Assembly: GCA_964016885.1 (NCBI GenBank)
Contig: OZ024749.1
Coordinates: forward strand, 15,810,001 to 15,874,000
Direction: 5' to 3'
Source: Eledone cirrhosa
Taxonomy: Eukaryota
Length of the DNA stretch: 64,000 nucleotides
The notes under the pieces were generated by a model. The model did no database searches. It saw nothing but the letters and a program-made list of their open reading frames with translations, and was not told the origin of the DNA. The translations under genes were made by a program, and so were the position numbers. Below are positions 28,637-40,869 of the stretch, piece after piece (the stretch's first letter is position 1; each line of letters begins with the position of its first letter).

Positions 28637-29037
28637 TCTCCTGATAATATATAACCAGCAATTTCTTTGTCTGTCTGTCCGACAGTGGAAACACGTGCGC
28701 GCGTGCGAATATTTTTTGCGCACGCGTAGAGAGAGAGTGAGAGTGAAAGAAAGAGACAGACTACGAGAGGGGGATAGCGGGAGGGGGGAGAGAGAGAGAG
28801 AGAGAGTGAATAGACGCTAAAACACGTGCGCGAGTGCGAATGTTTTTTGCGCACGCGTAGAGAGAGAGAGTGAGAGTGAAAGAAAAAGACAGACTACAAG
28901 AGGGGGATAGCGGGAGGGAGAGAGGGGGGAATTGAGGAGTGCTACAGAAACATATATATATTTCTGTGTGTAATATATATATATATACACACTCAGAAAT
29001 ATATATATATATACACACAGAAATATATATACATTTC

Positions 29038-29068
<31 letters not shown>

Positions 29069-29957
29069 TACACACACAGAAATGTATATATATATACACA
29101 CAGAAATATATATATATTTCTGTGTGTATATATATATATATTACACACACAGAAATGTATATATATTTCTGTGTGTATATATATATATTACACACAGAGA
29201 AATGTATATATATATAAACACAGAAATATATATACATCCCTTAGCTACTGTACTGTATCTGTTGCTATCTCTCTCTCTCTCCAGCTATCCCTCTCTTTTA
29301 GTCTGTCTGTTTATCTCACTCTCACTCTTTCTCTTTGTAACACACTAACATTCCTCCCCTCTATCGCTGTGACGAATGGGGAGATGGAGGAGGAGGAGAA
29401 GGAGGAGGAGAGAGTCACTTCGTCACCTCACCTCTGCCTTTCTTTCTCTCCCCTCTCACTCCCTCATTATGTACAGACATTAGGGCGGTGGATTGGCAGA
29501 ATCTGTAGAGAGTCGGACACCATGCTTCATAGCATGGAGTTACGTCCCTTTACGGTCTGAGTTCAAATACCGCCGAGGTTAACTTTGCCTTTCATCCTCA
29601 CGAGGTCGATAAAATAAAGTACCAGTAATGTACTGGTTAATTGCTGGCCTTGTGCCAAAAGTAGAAACAATTATTAGAAACATTGCTTCATTTTTACATA
29701 TCTAAGCATTAGTAAAATAACTAATAATTTCAAAAGTAATTTTTCAATCCCAATTGTTATGAACAGCAAAACATTAATAATAATTTTGTTCTAAGAAATA
29801 TATATACATTTCTGTGTGTGTAATATATATATACACACAGAAATATATATACATTTCTGTGTGTGTAATATATATATATACACACAGAAATATATATACA
29901 TTTCTGTGTGTGTAATATATATATACACACAGAAATATATATACATTTCTGTGTGTG

Positions 29958-30000
<43 letters not shown>

Positions 30001-30028
30001 GAAATATATATACATTTCTGTGTGTGTA

Positions 30029-30065
<37 letters not shown>

Positions 30066-30842
30066 GAAATATATGGGCATTTCTCTGTTTGTCTGTCTGT
30101 CTGTCCTTCCCTAAAACTCAAATGTAGGTGCTACAGAAATATTACCTTCCCCTTCCTTTCTCCACTTTGATACTACCAAGAGAAACACTGTCGCTATAGA
30201 AACATTACCTTCCCCTCTCCACTGACTTTGGTCACTGAGGCCGAGGGAATCGCTGGTTGCTATAGAGACACCTTGCAGAAGCCAGAAGTAACCAGTTCGA
30301 GGCGGTTCTGACTTGACACCATGCCAAGTCTACTTATAATATATAATGGGCATTTCTCTGTTTGTTTGTCTGTCTGTCCGTCTGTAAAAAATGCCAAGGA
30401 AACAAATAGAGGCGGTTTCAAATCTCTATGCTTTTCAAATTCATTACATTAATCTTTATTTATACGTTTCGCTTTACGAGTGTTTCGACTTACGAGTGTT
30501 TCGGCTTACGAGTGTTTCGGCTTATCATTATATATAAACGTTTCTATTTCCATCGTTTTATCGTAAACGTTTATATATTTCCATCGTTATATCATAACGT
30601 ATATGTATCATAACGTTTATATTTCCGTCACTAATCTCTTTTCCTCCTTTTTCGTTTTAACATATATTTATTTCAAAGATTTCACCGTATAGATAACATA
30701 TATATTTATACATGCATAAAAGACACACCTAGAGACCATGAACATGTGGTGCCGAAAACATTTCTCATCCAAATCTCAACAATATCAGTATATACACTAG
30801 ATTTGCTAGCAGAAAACCGCCCACCGGCTGGTTTTCTGCTAG
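28637..30842 (+). mobile_element. Cluster of putative non-autonomous Helitrons with internal palindromic minisatellite
   Basis: Similar TC heads at 28637 and 30329 (TCT.CT.ATAATATATAA...CATTTCT..TGTCTGTCTGTCC), a partial head at ~30070, and a hairpin plus CTAG ending 30842. Confidence 0.5.
29482..29675 (+). mobile_element. SINE family 1
   Basis: Full match to other copies. Confidence 0.85.
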
Positions 30843-31434
30843 TCTATATATATAAAACTGAGGATGTCTGTCTGTGTGTGTGTGAGTTTGAATTCCTAAA
30901 ACTAGAGAAGAACCCAACCGACTATTTTCAAACTTTACACATGTAACACTTATGTTTCAGGGAGTGTTCTGAGCAAAAAGAATTTCAAATTTTCAATGCC
31001 CCAGGGACCGCATTAGGCGATTTAGCGATCTCACTCTATAATTTTTAGTCTTTCTCTTTTTAGATAGATAGATACATATAACGTCGCGCCCTTATAATAT
31101 ATGTCTGTATGTCTGGCTGCCTGCATTATGTTCCTTCCTACAATTCGCTCTGCGTCCAGAATGCGCCCTTATAATATCTGTCTGTATGTCTGGCTGTCTG
31201 CTGCCTCTGGTTATTCTGCCACCCTTGCTCAAGAGAATTCTCACACTCATTCCCCAAACAGTGGGTAAGTGCACACAACTTCTTCCTCACGTTTTAAGCC
31301 ACGGTGTTGCTTACTTACGTACCACCAGACCCTTACTTCTTTGCCAACCGTGGTTGTAGCAATACTAAGCTTAGCTAAGGCTGTTATATATTTCACAATA
31401 CCTTATCCCGTGCAACGCCGAGTACCACTGCTAG
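30843..31434 (+). mobile_element. Non-autonomous Helitron
   Basis: 5' TCTATATATATAAAACTGAGGATGTCTG; 3' CCCGTGCAACGCCGAG-TACCACTG-CTAG-T; both ends resemble those of 8020-9135. Confidence 0.75.
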
Positions 31435-31492
31435 TATATATATATATAGAATGATATTAAATAAATGGAAATTATATTTATAAAACCATATT

Positions 31493-31557
31493 TATTCTAT
31501 TATATATATTTCAAGGGTACCAAAAATTTTGGTGCGCTATCATCAGATAAAATACGA
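31493..31557 (-). ncRNA. Hammerhead motif, family B variant
   Basis: Minus strand TATTTTAT-CTGATGA-TAGCGCACCAAAATTTTTGGTACCCTT-GAAA-TATAT-ATA-ATAGAATA; sibling with CTGAGGA core at 36833-36895 (-). Confidence 0.65.
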
Positions 31558-31887
31558 AGTGTGTTTTATAAATTTTGACATAACCAAGGAGAATATACCT
31601 TAGCGGTTCAAGTTATCCTTGGCTAGTATATACACGTATATACTATATACACGTATATATTCGACGCTGTAAATGTGGTTGATATTAAGAAGGGCATCTA
31701 ACTGTAGAAACCAAAAGAGCTTTGTATGAGCAAGACACAGTCACCTGATCTGACATGTCTCACAGCGGGACAACTCGTCCAATCCATACATAGGGTATTG
31801 ATCATCACGAGCCTATAGTACAAGACCCTTGTTCAGGCCTAGCCCGTCGCTAACGTGCCGTACCACTGGTCACCCGCCGCACTCATA

Positions 31888-32105
31888 GCCATATTGTAAT
31901 CCTCTTGATGATTTTGTAATGGGGCAGAGCATCTGGGAGAGGGCAGTGAACAGTAGGCTCTACAACACCAATGAGGCTCTCAGTGCAGCTATCAAGGACA
32001 GGGACGCCGTCGCCAAGGCCTGCTCCAGCTTCCGGTTCCGCATGGAGAAAGTGGTGACCGCCGATGGTGGTCACATCCTGTGATTTTTGTACCTTGTATA
32101 CCTTA
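31888..32105 (+). pseudogene. Tc1/mariner-superfamily transposase C-terminal remnant
   Basis: PYCNPLDDFV...AKACSSFRFRMEKVVTADGGHIL* resembles SPDLNPLD and the C-terminal AC..F..R...V..A.GGHI pattern. Confidence 0.65.
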
Positions 32106-32236
32106 TATATGTACATAACTGTGTATAAAGTCTCATTGAAATACATTAATTTGTTATATAAAATAAAGTACCAGTAATGCATGGGTAATTGCTGGCCTTG
32201 TGCCAAAAGTAGAAACAATTAAATTGTTATATAAAA

Positions 32237-32427
32237 GGGCGGTGGATTGGCAGTATTGGTAGAGAGTCGGACGCCATGCTTTCCAGCATAGTTACGTCCC
32301 TTTACGATCTGAGTTCAAATCCCGCCGAGGTTGACTTTGTCTTTCATCCTTACGGGGTCGATAAAATAAAGTACCAGTAATACACTGGGTAATTGCTGGC
32401 CTTGTGCCAAAAAAGTAGAAACAATTA
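32237..32427 (+). mobile_element. SINE family 1, preceded by a duplicate tail (32160-32220)
   Basis: Full copy; AATT.(A/T)TTGTTATATAAAA occurs three times around the two pieces. Confidence 0.85.
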
Positions 32428-32579
32428 AATTGTTATATAAAATAACAGTGTTTATATTATCCATTAATTTTTCCCCCGTATTTACCTGCGACACACTGAA
32501 CATATGATGTAACCAAGTTTCACTTCAACATCAACAAAATTACTGAATAACCTATTAACCCCAACCTACACACACACAC

Positions 32580-32615
<36 letters not shown>

Positions 32616-32758
32616 CATACACACTTGTACGTAAGAAATACCTGATAAATAAAAGTATCAACATATATGTACATGTAAGAATAAAATATAGTCACGAATA
32701 TTTCAAGAAAAAGTTCTAGTGTATAAACACACGCAGACATGTATATACACACACACAC

Positions 32759-32820
<62 letters not shown>

Positions 32821-32857
32821 TATATATGTGTATGTATACACACATATATAGACATTA

Positions 32858-32914
<57 letters not shown>

Positions 32915-33021
32915 GCATTAGATATAAACACTTACACATATGTATAGGTTGCATATGTAAATTTATATATATATATACACACATACGTTATATATCTAAA
33001 TATACACACACACACACTATA

Positions 33022-33088
<67 letters not shown>

Positions 33089-33349
33089 CATATATATAAA
33101 TATATATATGTATATATATGCACCCAGATATAAATTAATTGAGTGTCACACATTTATAAAACTACCGACATCTCCCTCTTCTCTTTGGTTGTCGATCTTC
33201 AGACATCATTAAATCTAAAATGGACGCCATGATAGAAAACTATTCGTTTATCTTCAATTTGCCGTTAACTTAGTTTTGCCTGCACTTCCGCTAGCACAAA
33301 ATTGTGGCAGCAGTCATTTTTTTCTTGTCTCTATCTATCTTTTCTGTCT

Positions 33350-33466
33350 ACCACCACCACCACTACTACTACCACCACTACTACTGCTATGACCACTAGT
33401 ATTACTTCCATCACCACAACTAGTATTACAATAACTATTATCACCACCATTACCACCATCAGTACG

Positions 33467-33511
<45 letters not shown>

Positions 33512-34455
33512 GCAATCACCGTTTCCACCACCTACTCCACATCCATTACCACCACAACGATCAACACCACCATCTACTATCACCACCATAACCACCATCA
33601 GAAATACTACTACTACTACCACCACCGCAACTACCATCTCCACCACCTACACCACATCCATCACCATCATCAGCATTACTACTACTGCCGCCACTATTAC
33701 CATCTCCACCATAACCCCTATCAGTATCACTATTACTACTACTACCACCACTGCAACCACCATTTCCACCACCTAAACCACATCCACCAATACCACCAAC
33801 ATCACCGCCGCCGCCACCACTAACACAACCACCAATACCACCAGCATCACCACCGCCACCATCACCACTAACACAACCACCAATACCACCAACATCCCCA
33901 CCACCACTACTACTAACACAACCACCAATACCACCAACATCCCCACCACCACTAACACAACCACCAATACCACCACCACCACCACTAACACAACCACCAA
34001 TACCACCACCGCCACCACCACCACTAACACCAATACCACCAGCATCACCGCCACCACCTCCACCACTACTAACACAACCACTAATACCACCAACATCACC
34101 ACAACCACCAATGCCACCACCACCACCACCACCACTACTAACACAACCACCAATACCACCATCACCGCCACCACCACCACTAACACAATCACCAATACCA
34201 CCACCACCACTAACACAACCACCAATACCACCACCACTAACACAACCACCAATACCACCACTAACATAACCACCAATACCACCACCACCACCACCAATAC
34301 CACCACCAATACCACCACCACCACTAACACAACCACCAATACCTCCACTAACACAATCACCAATACCACCACCACCACCACAACCACCACCACTACCACC
34401 ACCACCACAACCACCACCAACACAACCACCAATACCACCACCACTACCACCAGCA
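33350..34455. repeat. (ACC/ACT/AAT)-rich low-complexity tandem repeat
   Basis: Directly visible; recurring ACTAACACAACCACCAATACCACC. Confidence 0.9.
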
Positions 34456-34541
34456 TCATATTTATTTTATTATACATATTTCAAGGGTACTAAATTATGG
34501 TATGCTTTCATCATATATATATATATATATATATATACATA

Positions 34542-34620
34542 CAAGGTGTCCCCAAAAATGTATACACACCTCAATAACATTCTAATAAAATTATTTATAC
34601 ATTTTTTGGGGGACACCCTG
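34542..34620. mobile_element. Tiny Tc1/mariner MITE (also 40276-40394 and a half-copy at 28281)
   Basis: TIRs CAAGGTGTCCCCAAAAATGTATA / TATACATTTTTTGGGGGACACCCTG. Confidence 0.7.
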
Positions 34621-34646
34621 TGTGTGTGTGTATATATATATATATA

Positions 34647-34883
34647 GGTATGTCAAATCTATCTATTTATAAGACTGTTTATATTGTATTTTGTCTGATG
34701 AAGGCATACCATATTTTTAATATGATATCCCTGAAATATATATAATGAAATAAATATGGTTTTATAAATATAGTTTCCATTTATTTAATATCGTAAATAT
34801 ACTCCAAATACTTGTTGAGTGCTTTTATATCAGTTATAAATATTTACTCGTTGTAACCCAACAATTTAAATAAAACTTTGCAT
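34647..34883 (+). mobile_element. ~235-bp hammerhead-bearing repeat, family B (ribozyme motif 34687-34752)
   Basis: TATTTTGT-CTGATGA-AGGCATACC...ATCCCT-GAAA-TATAT-ATA-ATGAAATA; almost identical copy at 59751-59987. Confidence 0.75.
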
Positions 34884-34972
34884 ATATATACATATATATA
34901 TACACATATATATATATATATATATAGTTTTGCGAGGTTTTTTATATGAAATCGTGTGTCGAAACAAATATT

Positions 34973-35076
34973 GTTATACTTGGGGAGGGTCATATTTGTG
35001 TAATATTGCCAGAATTAATAACAGAATTGTGTTATTAATTCTGGCAATATTACACAAATATGACCCTCCCCAAGTA

Positions 35077-35080
<4 letters not shown>
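34973..35080. repeat. Near-perfect ~108-bp palindrome of a dispersed repeat
   Basis: GTTATACTTGGGGAGGGTCATATTTGTGTAATATTGCCAGAATTAATAAC and its inverse; single arms at ~60637, ~60823, ~36383. Confidence 0.85.
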
Positions 35081-35129
<49 letters not shown>

Positions 35130-35131
<2 letters not shown>

Positions 35132-35737
35132 TGGCTGCCAACTCGTTTTCGAGTACGGCCACTACTTTATATCCATGTAGGAGAACCCCTACCGATGCGC
35201 TGAACGAGTGTGACTTTTTAGTCTAGCCAGCGACTTGAAAACTCTGGTACAAACACTACACTTGTGACATTTATTGACACATAGTGCTGGGCCCATGGTT
35301 CCATGTGACGACAAGTGCAGAGAGATCTCCAGATATAAAGCAATGCCTGTGCCGTGAAGCTTTTATAGTGAGCAAAGGTAATGCACAAAGCCAGTCCCAC
35401 TCTCTTAACCAAGATGATATTTACCAAAAAGAAGAACAAGTCAACATCATTGGATACCATCAGGGTTGCAGGTGTTATATCCGAGTTTTCCTTCTCCTAG
35501 AATTCTGCCTTGACAAAGGCTAAGAGGTCATCTCTCCCGGTGATTTTGGATGGCCATTGACTCTTAAGAGCTCTTTTGCCCTTTGACAGGTTTTGTTTTT
35601 AGTCCTGCAGGATGTCCATAGTCACCCTCCTCACCAAGAAACCTTGGTGGGGTTGCCAGTTTAGTCGCCAACGACCCGACCACGGGACAGGTTGTACTGG
35701 GATACATGTTACCAGTAGCACCAACTGATGACCTGAC
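35130..35737 (-). mobile_element. Second copy of the ~600-bp RTE-like non-autonomous element
   Basis: Colinear and highly similar to 20578-21181; fragments also at 36661-36738 and 15884-15920. Confidence 0.7.
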
Positions 35738-36977
35738 ATATATATATATACATATATACAAACATACGCAGATGTGTGTGTGAATGTATGTATATATAAT
35801 TTCTTGCTCCCAAAGAATATAAAGGTAGAGATGGTTCCAGCGGAATTTCAACTCAAAGAACGCGAATACCTGGAACAAGTAACTGTCGGTGTTCCATGTT
35901 TGCGCTCTTTCAATTCAAATTCCGCAGAAGCCAACTGTAGCTCTTTATTCATTCGAGGTCGATAAATAAAGCACGAATCAAATACTGGTATTTATTTCCC
36001 TCTCGCTCTTTCTGTCTCTCCAAACCGCTCTCTCTCTCTCTCTCTTTCTCTTTTATCTATCTATCCCAATCTCTATTTCTTTCTCTCTCTCTCTCTCTCT
36101 CTCTAGCTGTCCCTGGCTTTCGCTCTCACTCTGTCACTCTTCTCTATCTCTGTCGAAATCGTCTATATGAAAGGATCAAAAGAGGTTTAATTTACATGAA
36201 GGCCTGATCAATACTTTGACCATCGGTTAGTGGTCAGGAGAAAGAAGAAACAATTTATTTAGCTGTATAATTAGGAGAAAAAATGAAGTACTCAATACAT
36301 GCGTTAGAAATTATTGATATATTTAAAGAGAAGTTCACACTCCATTGCTCTCTCCCTCTCTCTCTCTCTCTATATATATATTGTTATACGTTAGGGGTCA
36401 TGCTGCCAATAAAAACACATGCAACTGTTGGTTTTCATTTCCCGGTTGGTTGGTTTAATAACTGGATTATTGTTTATTTATTATCAAAGCTATTTCGTCA
36501 CACATTCTGTCACCGCCTCCTCAAAGACTAATTTCTTATTTTGTGCCTCTCTTTTGTCTTGTCCTACACCATCTTGTTTTTGTGAGCTGCGAGGAGCGTT
36601 TCAACACACGTTTTCGGACAAGAAATCTTACAAATACGATGTATGTATGTATGTATGTATGCCGCTGGCTGGACTAAAAAGTCACACTCGTTCAGCGCAT
36701 CGGTAGGGGTTCTCCTACATGGATATAAAGTAGTGGTTATTCAACAAATTTATTTATTTATAACAGATTCGAAGCACTCTACAGATTTTCTGGAGTATAA
36801 TATCAATGATATTGATAAACGGAAACTATATTTATTTTATTATATATATTTCAAGGGTACCAAAATTTGGTACGCTCTCCTCAGATAAAATACAAAAGTT
36901 GTTTTATAAATGGTGACATACCCAAGAAACCAGACCTTTTCATATATATATATAGGAAAATGTTTGACACCGACGGC

Positions 36978-37109
36978 CCTTTTTAAATATGTTCTCCATC
37001 TCAGTCTTTTCGCAAACAGGTCGATTTTTTGCGTGAGCATCCGAAGGTAAAGTTTTCTCGGTGGAACTGGGATGTTCTTGGTGGAGAAGTCGATATTGTG
37101 TTTTCGCAT
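36978..37109 (-). pseudogene. Penelope-like element ORF N-terminus fragment
   Basis: MRKHNIDFSTKNIPVPPRKLYLRMLTQKIDLFAKRLRWRTYL (S.KNIP.P...Y...L..K...F..R.RW pattern); flanked by pLTR-like repeats. Confidence 0.65.
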
Positions 37110-37199
37110 GGTGCAGGTAAGAAAACTTGAGCTGGGTGGAAAAGTCAGGATATGCCGTGGTAGGGTCATAAAGTGCTCTACTACGGAGGTAGGAGCTAG

Positions 37200-37332
37200 A
37201 TAACGAAGGAGGTGTGGTAAGGAACCAGATGGACCATAACGCACCAGAGTACTCAATACTCTACTACCCTAAGTATTGAGTACTCTGGTGTGTTATGGTC
37301 CATCTGGTTCCTTACCACACCTCCTTCGTTAT
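37200..37332. repeat. Palindrome of pLTR-like sequence (~60-bp arms)
   Basis: TAACGAAGGAGGTGTGGTAAGGAACCAGATGGACCATAAC.CACCAGAGTACTCAATACT and its inverse. Confidence 0.85.
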
Positions 37333-37348
37333 ATATATATATATATAC

Positions 37349-37731
37349 ATACATTAAAATACATTAAAATATATGATAAACACAAAACGTGTTTGCATTG
37401 CAACAGACAGTCAGCTATTAATGAAATAAACTAATTAAAGTGAATACAATTCCATTTCGATTCTCTTTATTTTTTAAATTCACATACCACCATTGCGAAA
37501 CGGATTTAGGTTTCGAGGTTCAAATTCGTCTACAGAACAGGTTTGGATTTTGAAATTTAAATCTGTCCAGGAATCATGGCAGTTGCCAATATAATGCTTG
37601 TCTTTATTGACTTATATCGAGACAGACAAATTGTATTCACTTTAATTAGTTTATTTCATTAATAGCTGACTGTCTGTTGCAATGCAAACACGTTTTGTGT
37701 TTATCATATATTTTAATGTATTTTAATGTAT
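37349..37731. repeat. Inverted repeat, ~103-bp arms, ~178-bp spacer
   Basis: 37349-37451 is the reverse complement of 37629-37731. Confidence 0.85.
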
Positions 37732-38254
37732 TTAACTGCTCGGAAATGCCCCTTTCCTGGAGCTTAATTATTGTAAAGGACTGAGAGCTTATTCTCAAAA
37801 TATTATATAGTATATATATATATATATATATATAGTCTTGTTTAACAATGTAATATTTGCTCTATGAGTTTATTTAAACACCTCAAGGTTTTCATACGAC
37901 TCAAGCAGAGTATGTATGTATGTATGTATGTATGTGTGTGTATATGTGTGCGTGTGTGTGTGTGTGTGAACTTTAGAAAATTAGCAAACGGAGGACGAGA
38001 CAACGAACAGAAAAAAAAAACAATTTTTAAAGGGGAAACATAAAAATGTTTTTTTTTTTTAAATAAAAATATAAACGAAGGACACAGAAGACCATGGTCA
38101 TCGGAGATGGACTTGGACAGTTTCGACCTCTACCAACGGTACTACTGGTCCATCCAGGGTCACAGCATCCGACATAAGCCAAATGCTGTCTTGTGGAGTA
38201 AGAGACGAGAGACAAAATATTAACAATTAAGCTAATATGTATACATATATATAT

Positions 38255-38438
38255 AATAATTGTTTCTACTTTTGGCACAAGGCCAGCAATTACTCAGTAC
38301 ATTACTGGTACTTTATTTTATCGACCCCGTAAGGATGAAAGGCAAGGTTAACCCTGGCGGGATTTGAACTCAGATCATAAAGGGCCGTAACTCTTTGCTG
38401 CAAAGCATGGCGTCTGACCCTCTACCGATACTGCCAAT
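38255..38438 (-). mobile_element. SINE family 1
   Basis: Reverse-complement full match. Confidence 0.85.
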
Positions 38439-38705
38439 ATAATAATATAGTAATACAAGGACGATTTGTTAAGCCTTCAAACGTAATGAAGGCTTAACAA
38501 ATAGTCCTTGTATTATATTACACTCTGTCTAGCTCTACACCTCGCCACTGACGTGAAGAACCTAAACATCGAGGGCCCACCTGGGTGAACCTACAGTAAC
38601 TTCACGTTACACTCCCTATATATATATATATTATATATATAACGAAGAAAGTGTGGTAAGGAACCAGGTGGACCATAACGCACCAGATTACTAGTAGAGC
38701 GGGTA

Positions 38706-38823
38706 ATAGGAAAATGTTTGACCCCGACGACAGAGCTCAAGCCGTTTCGACGGCTATTTCTGAGTCCAGAAATAGCCGTCGAAACGGCTTGAGCTCTGCC
38801 GTCGGGGTCAAACATTTTCCTAT
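38706..38823. repeat. Near-perfect ~118-bp hairpin (same family as 12584-12698)
   Basis: ATAGGAAAATGTTTGACCCCGACG.CAGAGCTCAAGCCGTTTCGACGGCTATTTCTG and its inverse. Confidence 0.85.
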
Positions 38824-38910
38824 GTATATATATATTAGTTTAAGGATTGTAACGTCAAGTTATTGTTGGCTCACCACAGTGAGCCCTCGGTGAGTAGTTT
38901 ATTAAGCAAA

Positions 38911-39003
38911 CAGAAGTCTGATGAACTTTTGATTCCAGAGTCGGGCACAATCAATAGAGATCGAACCTTGAGCTGGTCAATCGCGAAACGTGTGTCACAA
39001 CTG
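38911..39003 (+). ncRNA. Hammerhead motif, family G (long stem II)
   Basis: CAGAAGT-CTGATGA-...-GC-GAAA-CGTGT-GTC-ACAACTG; stems imperfect. Confidence 0.55.
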
Positions 39004-39248
39004 AATAATCTTAACGAAAATTTGACACGTCGTCCATACTTATTATAAATACATATATATATATATATATAATGGAAGCATACGATCAAATCTCAAAGGA
39101 AAGTAGAGACAGACATCTAAGCTGTAACTGTCAGCCACAGAAAGATGCGACTGCTCAATGTTTATTCCATGCTAAACAAACGTTAAGAGAGAAGCTGGGC
39201 TAGAGCTTGGAAAGTGTTAGTGATATAGTTAGGAATATATACATACAT

Positions 39249-39298
<50 letters not shown>

Positions 39299-39504
39299 TT
39301 ACATACATACAACCCTGAAAAAATATATCAAATGAAATAAACTTTTGTGTTATTAATAATTAAACATATCCTACCTTACAGCTTCTCCATTTACTTCCAG
39401 TAATCCTTTCTGTAATCCACGTATTATAACAGTTATTATCCAATGTGATAATACACAACAGACTCTTTAAATGTGGGCCCCCAATATCCAACTGTTTTGT
39501 CTTA

Positions 39505-40200
39505 TGAACTTCCTTGATTCTGTATCTGGGCTCTAAACCAGTGTATTTCGTGTTTCTCTAAGCAGACAACACATATATTGTTTATAAGGGACGGGAGAGC
39601 ACCTGTTTTGTTTGGAGGTGGGTATACACACATACTAGGTCCTTGTATTTTGTATGTGGGCTGTAAACCAGTGTCTTCCCCGTTTCTGTTAGTAAACAGA
39701 ACATATGTTCTTTTAAGGGACACAGGGGCACCTCGGTTGTCATCTTATTGAGGTCCTTGTATTGTGTATGTGGGCTGTAAACCAGTGTCTTCCTTGTTTC
39801 TGTTAGTAGACAGTATATATACTGCTTTATGGGGCACACAAGGGCACCTCGACTGTCTTGATATTATGAAGGTCCTTGTATTGTGTAGCTGGGCTGTAAA
39901 CCAGTATCTTCTGTGATAGTAGACAACACATGTGCTGTTGTTATGGGGCACACGAGGGCACCTCGGTTGTCATCATCTTATTAAGGTCCTTGTATTGTGT
40001 ATCTGGGCTCTAACCATTGTCTCCCCGTGTTTCTCGAAGCAAATAACACATATATTGCCTGTAAAAGGCAAGAGGGCACCTCATTTTCTTTGGGGGGGGG
40101 GGGGGGCTATATACAAAGATCCTTGTATTGTGTATCTGGCTCCTATGCCAACGTCTTTTCGTGTTTCTCTCAGCAAGCAACACATTACGTTGGTACAGCT
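39505..40200. repeat. Diverged tandem repeat, ~115-130-bp unit, about 6 copies
   Basis: CCTTGTATTGTGTAT.TGGGCT.TAAACCAGTGT recurs near 39512, 39640, 39754, 39874, 39987, 40120. Confidence 0.8.
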
Positions 40201-40869
40201 CTTCAAATGGTACACCGACAACTTTGAGACAATTGTCGACATCGCCAGGTGGACATGGCCTCCATTAGTCATTGCCAGGGCGTGTCCCCCCCCCCCCCCC
40301 AAAAAAAAATGTATACACACTTTGATTACCTGTACAGGCAATATTTATTAGAATGCTGTTGAAGTGTGTATACATTTTTGGGGGACACACCCTGTATTTC
40401 CACCCACAACGTCTAACAATCTTCCACTGCGTAGCCAGTCATATTATCTTCTAAAATATCCCCCTGTACCCATAGCCAGAATGTTTCAGAATTCATTTTC
40501 ATTAGTAAAAATTTTACACTTCTCACCTGTTCAACTCTTGTTCCATTTCTTTCTTTTGTTTTGTTTTTCTTTACGACATTTTCCTATCCCAATTTCACAA
40601 AAACATGGTTAAAATCACGGCAGTGTCTTCCAGAGGAAAAAAAAAAAAAATCTCTGGCAAAAGATCGCTGATTGGTTAAGAAAGCGGTGTACGTAATACG
40701 TCTGAAACAATAGTACACGATAGAAGAAAATACCGTACTGGCGTCGTCACCAGAGATCCGGGCTGGGAATCTAGAAACGGGTCAAAGATTGCCTAGTATA
40801 TCCTGTAGAGGGGAAATATTTGTTATTTATATTAAGTATATGACATTGAATAATCGTCCAATTTTTAAG

